This document shows, piece after piece, positions 59,044 through 64,000 of a stretch of 64,000 bases of DNA. Below the pieces are notes generated by a model. That model did no database searches. It was given only the letters and a program-made list of their open reading frames with translations, and was not told where the DNA came from. Position numbers and translations under genes: made by a program. Where the stretch lies: the NCBI GenBank assembly GCA_049968235.1, contig JBMFRC010000001.1, forward strand, positions 288,001-352,000, in the 5' to 3' direction. Source of the stretch: Candidatus Hydrogenedens sp. (GTDB lineage Bacteria; Hydrogenedentota; Hydrogenedentia; Hydrogenedentales; Hydrogenedentaceae). Every line of letters starts with the position of its first letter. Position 1 is the first letter of the stretch.

Positions 59044-59652
59044 ATGAGAAGAGACAAAGTCATATCGGAAGTATTGGGTGCCGAAACCATACTAACGCCC
59101 AGTGAGATTTACGCACAACGTTTCCCGAAAAGTTTTGTTGGAGGTTACTCGGTAGAATCAGTAGACGAATTCCTCCATCGTATAGCAGATACCATAGAAT
59201 TACTTCTGGACCGTATCCAGGAATTGAAAGAGAAAATTGATGAACAAACAAAACTGGTTGAATTTTATCGTCAGGAAGAGTCCGTTTTACGAAGTGCCTT
59301 AAATTCAGCCCAGAAATTAAATGAAGATATTATAGAAAGTGCTCAAAGACAAGCTGAATCTATCATAACAGAGGCTCAAACAAGGGCACAACAAATACCT
59401 CTTCGTCTGGAACAGGAAATACAACACCTGATACATCTACGGGATAGATTCCATCAAGAGGTTAAAACCGTCTTGCTCTCATTTCAATCTATGCTTTCCG
59501 AATATGAAGCCACAAAAATAAAAAATATATCCCCGGAAAATCGCGAAGTAATATTGGGCGAACTTCGCAAATCCCTTGACCAGGCACTATCGGTAGATTT
59601 TAACCTGGATTCATTAACCGAAGAAGAAGAACAAAATGACAACGCCGAATAA
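59044..59652 (+). CDS. DivIVA domain-containing protein
   Basis: N-terminal DivIVA motif (FPKSFVGGYSVESVDEFLHRIADTIE) followed by coiled coil. Confidence 0.7.
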   Translation: MRRDKVISEVLGAETILTPSEIYAQRFPKSFVGGYSVESVDEFLHRIADTIELLLDRIQELKEKIDEQTKLVEFYRQEESVLRSALNSAQKLNEDIIESAQRQAESIITEAQTRAQQIPLRLEQEIQHLIHLRDRFHQEVKTVLLSFQSMLSEYEATKIKNISPENREVILGELRKSLDQALSVDFNLDSLTEEEEQNDNAE

Positions 59653-60505
59653 ATTATATATATTTTGTCTTTGCCTATCTTTATTTCTTGTCCTCTACCC
59701 ACGAACACTATACTGCCAGAACTCAGAAGAAGATAAGGAATTGGACGCATTCTTCAAAAAATATACAGAATCACGTGAAAAGATAGATGTTCTCGTTGCA
59801 ACTTTTCAACAGAAAAATATTTATCCCGACGAAATCTATACAACTGACGGCTCTCTCGTTTTTGTAAAACCCCAGAGAATGGTTTTTACTACAGATGAAC
59901 CGCAAAAATACACCGTGGTAGAAGAAAAACGAATCTACGAATATGAACCGGATATTAAACAAGTAACTATTTATGATTTGAAAGATTCCGCTGAAACCGA
60001 ATTGTTTTTCTTCGCATTTGCAGAAGACCTGAATACACTCCGCAAAAAATATCACGTCCTGCCAATTCGTCTATCGGATGAACGAGGAAAACATGGCATA
60101 TCTATCCGACCTTTTACAGATAAGGAAGAAGACAACCCATTTGAAGAAATTGTTTTATATCTGCAAGATGATACCTTTTTACCTTATCGTTTGCGGATTG
60201 TTAACGAAGGTAATGTCCAGACTATTGTCGATTTCGAACATATAAAGATTAATGAAAAAATTCGACTGGAAGAGACACAAATATACTTGCCCCCAGGAAC
60301 AAATATAATTGAAAATGACAAATTTAAAGAAACCGTTGCAGGTGAAGGCAAAAAAATTCCTGACCCCGCAAAATTAGACCCTAAATACATTGATACATCT
60401 CCCCCACCAACCGCAATTAAAAAAGAAGAAAATAAAATTCAGAATACTCCAGAAGAAATAAATAAAATAGAAATAAGAGACCTTGAACCTATAAAAAAAC
60501 AGTAA
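59636..60505 (+). CDS. secreted LolA-like (outer-membrane lipoprotein carrier-like) protein
   Basis: Signal peptide, a ~200-aa domain with LolA-like beta-strand periodicity, and a K/E/P-rich C-terminal tail. Weak call. Confidence 0.35.
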   Translation: MTTPNKLYIFCLCLSLFLVLYPRTLYCQNSEEDKELDAFFKKYTESREKIDVLVATFQQKNIYPDEIYTTDGSLVFVKPQRMVFTTDEPQKYTVVEEKRIYEYEPDIKQVTIYDLKDSAETELFFFAFAEDLNTLRKKYHVLPIRLSDERGKHGISIRPFTDKEEDNPFEEIVLYLQDDTFLPYRLRIVNEGNVQTIVDFEHIKINEKIRLEETQIYLPPGTNIIENDKFKETVAGEGKKIPDPAKLDPKYIDTSPPPTAIKKEENKIQNTPEEINKIEIRDLEPIKKQ

Positions 60506-60522
60506 AATAGGGAACTGTTACT

Positions 60523-61143
60523 ATGGAAGATTGTAAACTCCCTCTTGTTCTTGCATCTGCATCACCTCGCCGTCATTCATTATTATCATCCATAGGTATT
60601 GATTTTGAAGTAATTGTTAGTTATGCAAAAGAAGTAGATGCGGGAGCGTCTCCTACCACATTGGTCGAGGAAAATGCCTGTGCCAAATGTGAGGAAGTTG
60701 CATCTCGCATAGCATATCCTGCAGTAATTATCTCTGCAGATACTCTTGTGTTTTGCGATGGTGAGGTCCTGAGTAAACCACAGGATATCAACGAAGCAAG
60801 AAATATGCTACATCGCCTTTCAGGAAACACACACCAGGTAATTACAGGAATTGCAGTGGCAAATACCGCCGATGGAAGAAAAGCGAGAGGCTCTGAAACA
60901 ACAGATGTTACCTTCCGTAATTTGAGTAATGAAGAAATAGAAACATTTATTCGCATCGTGAACCCTATTGACCGCGCAGGTGCTTATACCGTAGATGGTC
61001 CGGGAAGTTTACTCGTCTCTCGGTATGATGGCTGCTACTACAATGTATTAGGTTTACCTATTGTCCGTTTAGATAAACTACTTCGCAAAGTAGGGGTTGT
61101 ACTATTTCAACGAATTAATGCAGGAAAAGCAAAATTTTTATAA
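60523..61143 (+). CDS. maf: Maf-like nucleoside triphosphate pyrophosphatase (septum formation protein)
   Basis: LVLASASPRRHSLL...SADT.V...G...KP......A...L..LSG..H.V.TG.... are Maf motifs. Confidence 0.85.
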   Translation: MEDCKLPLVLASASPRRHSLLSSIGIDFEVIVSYAKEVDAGASPTTLVEENACAKCEEVASRIAYPAVIISADTLVFCDGEVLSKPQDINEARNMLHRLSGNTHQVITGIAVANTADGRKARGSETTDVTFRNLSNEEIETFIRIVNPIDRAGAYTVDGPGSLLVSRYDGCYYNVLGLPIVRLDKLLRKVGVVLFQRINAGKAKFL

Positions 61144-61713
61144 ACTTAAACCTGCCACACCTCCACAATTCAGTGTAATGAAAAACGAATTGAGAACCTA
61201 ACATGGGTGTTCCATCTATGTAAAACTACGATTCCATACTTATTTCCATCTCATATCATTCATTACTAAAAAAAACAAAAGCAAGAGATACCTGTAAATG
61301 TAAAAATACAGTAGAAGTGTTGATATAAGAAGTAACACAGGCAGTTCTTTCTGTCTGTATCATCACCGCATAGATTATCCACATGCAGAACTGTCCATAT
61401 TACATTCGTGCAAAAAATATCTCACCCCTGCATTAACCCGCCTACATGGCAAATGCATCTCTTCGTAGGGGCGGATAATTATTTGTCATGATATTTATTG
61501 CGGAATTTATGCATAAATATAAGATATTTGCAAGTGAGTTTATAATTTTTTACTCTATTATTTTTTGCACCTTCATAGTATTCTGGTATTTGAATAATAT
61601 TTAATTGTAGAGATACATTTCTTTTCTACTTTTTTACTATCTTTTTCTTTATGCCATCTCTTAATGCTTCATTTTATCATAAAATCTTTGTACATCCTTT
61701 AGATATTGAACAT

Positions 61714-64000
61714 CTATTTTAGGGGAAGAGGGGTGAAAGTATCGGGGAGTGAGTCGAGGAATGTTTTGATTCGGATGGATTGGAAGTTTTTAATGGGGAA
61801 TTTGTTTTTAAGGAGGTATTCTCGTAGTGTTTTGGGTTTGAAAAATTTGCCTTTAATTATAGGGGTCTGCCATTGTAATAAGATGGAATTATTTTCGGTT
61901 CTTATTTCAACTGGGAATGGATTTAATGCGGATGTTTTTCCTTGTGCAATTTCTTCCAATTGTGAATGGATAAATATTTTTAGTTCTTCCATATCCTCTA
62001 TATTGTTTGATTTTTCTGTTTGAATAATAACTGCGTAGTGTAGTCCTGCTACACGCTCCATGATAGAAGGACTTGATATAGGAATAGATTCTACGGTATA
62101 TAAAAGGAAGCCCGTGGGTAGAGCGGATTGAATCCGTTTTTGAAGTTCGTCTGTATCTTTTTCTGTCTGAAGCCATATCTCGATATATTCTTCCAGTAAT
62201 ATCTCACCGACAGGAGCAGGTAAGGCTATGCTAATTCGTGCATGGGCATGATAACCCTGTGTGTATGCTAATGGCAGTTGTGTACGTCGCAGGGCACGAA
62301 TCCATGCGGTTTGGAATTCTAGATGGCTCAGGAAGCGAGATAATCCTACTTTACCCACTTTTAATAACAATCTCTGAATGGGATGATGTGAAGTAGATAC
62401 TGGTGGTAAATGAGAAGAAGACGTTTCAATTTCTATAATTGACTCTTTTTTTTCCTTTTTCCAATGGATACAATGAAAACCTTCTCGTTGTTGTATTCCA
62501 CATTGCAAGCAACCCTTTTCTCTGCAATCAGATGTAATTTTGTATTGATGAGCGTTCTGCCACTCTTTGTATAACCAATCTTTTTTAATTCCTGTGTCGA
62601 TGAAGTCCCAGGGGAAAGCCTCGTCCTCATTTCGTTCTCGGAGAAAATTTTCTCCCATCAGGTTATGTTTTTCAAGGGCATGTAACCAATGTTGAATTGA
62701 AATTTTATCTGTGGAGGTTTCTAATTTAGCACCTTCCTGCCATGCAGAGAGGATAACGGGACTTATTCTACGGTCTGCACGGCTAAGAAGCCCTTCGATA
62801 AAAGAGGCATCGGGGGTATGGAAATTTATTTTTATGGCTTTGTATTTTTTGAGTCCGCTTAATATTTTTTTCTGTTTTTCTGTGGTTTCTTCCAATGATA
62901 TTTGGTTTGCCCATTGGAAGGGTGTCCATGGTTTAGGAACAAAGGTAGATATGCCTAAATGGATATGTGCGGAATGCCGAATTTTTTTGGCGATGTTTAA
63001 ACATTGGATTGATAAATTGATTAATGCGTTCAAATCTTCTTCCGTTTCTGTAGGTAAACCAATCATGAAATATAATTTTACATGTGTCCATCCTTTTTGA
63101 AAGGCAATACGAATTATCTCCATTAAATCTTCATCTGTTACAGATTTATTTATCATCTTTCGTAATCTTTCTGAGCCTGCTTCCGGTGCGAAGGTTAGTC
63201 CACTCCGCCGAATAGCGGAAATAGAATCCGCTAATTTTACCGAGAAGGAGTCAAGCCGAAGCGATGGAAGGGATATACCGGTCATAGAAGGTTGAGTAAT
63301 TTGTCGGGTCTGATGTAAAAGGTCTTGAATTTGAGAATGGTCACAGGTGGAAAGGGATACAAGAGTAACTGTTTCTAATCCTGTATCAGGTAAGAACGAA
63401 GCGAGTAAGGTAGAGACTTCTTCGGGAGAACGTTCCCGAACTGGTCGAAAGGTACAGCCTGCAAGACAAAAACGACAGCCTCGAGTGCAACCCCGCATTA
63501 CTTCGATGGATAATCCGTCATGTATTAATGAAGCGAAAGGGACAATATATTTTCCTACAAAATTTTTTGTAGTTAATTCTTTCGTTATTGCACGACGAAC
63601 TTTCCTCGTTGAAGCATCGGGTATTGGGACACCATGTTGGTTGGAAGTAAGGGGAATAGTGTCAGGGACATAAATACCATCTATTCTGGAAAGCAATGCT
63701 AATTTTTTATCACGGCTTGCATCTTTATTTGTGAGAAGTATTTCTGCTATTTCTAAAATGATGTCTTCACCTTCGCCGATAACGAAAAAATCCATAAAAG
63801 GTGCCATAGGTTCGGGGTTAAAACAGCAAGGACCTCCGGCGCAAATTAATGGGTCTTCATTGGTACGGTCTTTTGCATATAAAGGTATATGAGCAAGGTC
63901 TAAAATATTCAGCACGGTGGTATAAGTCAATTCTGATTGAAGTGTTATGCCGACCCAATCACTTTGTTTAATGGGGTCTTTGGATTCCCAGAGAAATAGG
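61714..64000 (-). CDS. B12-binding-domain radical SAM protein fused to a DUF2344-like C-terminal domain (TIGR03960/TIGR03936-type), 5'-partial: the frame is open to the window end
   Basis: The radical SAM cluster is MRGCTRGCRFC. The ORF-track start at 63930 is a TTG, and the same frame stays open upstream to 64000 (…SGNPKTPLNKVIGSGITLQSE-LTYTT…). Confidence 0.7.
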   Translation of the reverse strand, partial: LFLWESKDPIKQSDWVGITLQSELTYTTVLNILDLAHIPLYAKDRTNEDPLICAGGPCCFNPEPMAPFMDFFVIGEGEDIILEIAEILLTNKDASRDKKLALLSRIDGIYVPDTIPLTSNQHGVPIPDASTRKVRRAITKELTTKNFVGKYIVPFASLIHDGLSIEVMRGCTRGCRFCLAGCTFRPVRERSPEEVSTLLASFLPDTGLETVTLVSLSTCDHSQIQDLLHQTRQITQPSMTGISLPSLRLDSFSVKLADSISAIRRSGLTFAPEAGSERLRKMINKSVTDEDLMEIIRIAFQKGWTHVKLYFMIGLPTETEEDLNALINLSIQCLNIAKKIRHSAHIHLGISTFVPKPWTPFQWANQISLEETTEKQKKILSGLKKYKAIKINFHTPDASFIEGLLSRADRRISPVILSAWQEGAKLETSTDKISIQHWLHALEKHNLMGENFLRERNEDEAFPWDFIDTGIKKDWLYKEWQNAHQYKITSDCREKGCLQCGIQQREGFHCIHWKKEKKESIIEIETSSSHLPPVSTSHHPIQRLLLKVGKVGLSRFLSHLEFQTAWIRALRRTQLPLAYTQGYHAHARISIALPAPVGEILLEEYIEIWLQTEKDTDELQKRIQSALPTGFLLYTVESIPISSPSIMERVAGLHYAVIIQTEKSNNIEDMEELKIFIHSQLEEIAQGKTSALNPFPVEIRTENNSILLQWQTPIIKGKFFKPKTLREYLLKNKFPIKNFQSIRIKTFLDSLPDTFTPLPLK

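Noticed and set aside
61706-62023. 105-aa plus-strand ORF
   Set aside because: It lies antisense within the radical SAM gene and is low-complexity.
1-64000. CRISPR arrays, IS elements, integrases, or prophage or defence islands
   Set aside because: No direct-repeat/spacer periodicity, transposase or integrase-like ORFs, or terminal inverted repeats were seen. Repeats present are coding minisatellites and gene-internal duplications only.

Overview
This is an AT-rich, gene-dense bacterial window with about 48 protein genes on both strands, one tRNA-Arg(CCG), and no rRNA, CRISPR array or obvious mobile element. The organism looks diderm, with signal-peptide and Tat proteins, a LolA-like protein and an outer-membrane-like protein.

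Recognisable housekeeping genes:
- An rpsF-ssb-rpsR-DUF2232-rplI-dnaB-dapA block.
- A RelA/SpoT-family gene, cysC, glyA, thiS-thiE, proC, a DivIVA-domain gene and maf.
- An ADP-forming acetyl-CoA synthetase gene overlapping a CoA-transferase/GNAT fusion gene.
- A methyl-accepting chemotaxis protein and an HtrA-family protease.

Three accessory regions stand out:
- A polysaccharide-type locus at 4.4-13.5 kb holds an NTP-transferase/LbH gene, a GT4 gene, a hypothetical gene, a frameshifted 'bi-domain' ADH+Gfo/Idh/MocA oxidoreductase and a GT-C-like membrane protein. It ends in an M14 carboxypeptidase carrying a C-terminal dockerin-like module.
- A periplasmic redox module at 35.6-42.2 kb encodes ApbE, a Tat-exported Gfo/Idh/MocA protein, a 1148-aa fusion of an 8-heme c-type cytochrome to a FdnI/HydC-like b-type membrane cytochrome (CbcL-like domain content), and a flavodoxin-like protein.
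- Two loci, 42.5-47.6 kb and 52.2-57.4 kb (minus strand), encode giant secreted proteins. They combine GLUG-like beta-helix modules, arrays of PASTA domains, xxEG tetrapeptide linkers, an Fn3-like domain, cohesin-like domains, internal dockerin modules, an EF-hand pair and an unusual C-terminal Cys/Gly-motif + TM + basic-tail anchor. The 42.5-47.6 kb copy is a tandem, heavily disrupted paralog with two in-frame stops and three single-base frameshifts.

Together with the dockerin-tagged M14 peptidase, these loci look like a previously undescribed non-cellulosomal cohesin-dockerin surface assembly system, possibly directed at peptidoglycan. Several frameshifts sit in homopolymer runs, so some disruptions may be assembly errors.
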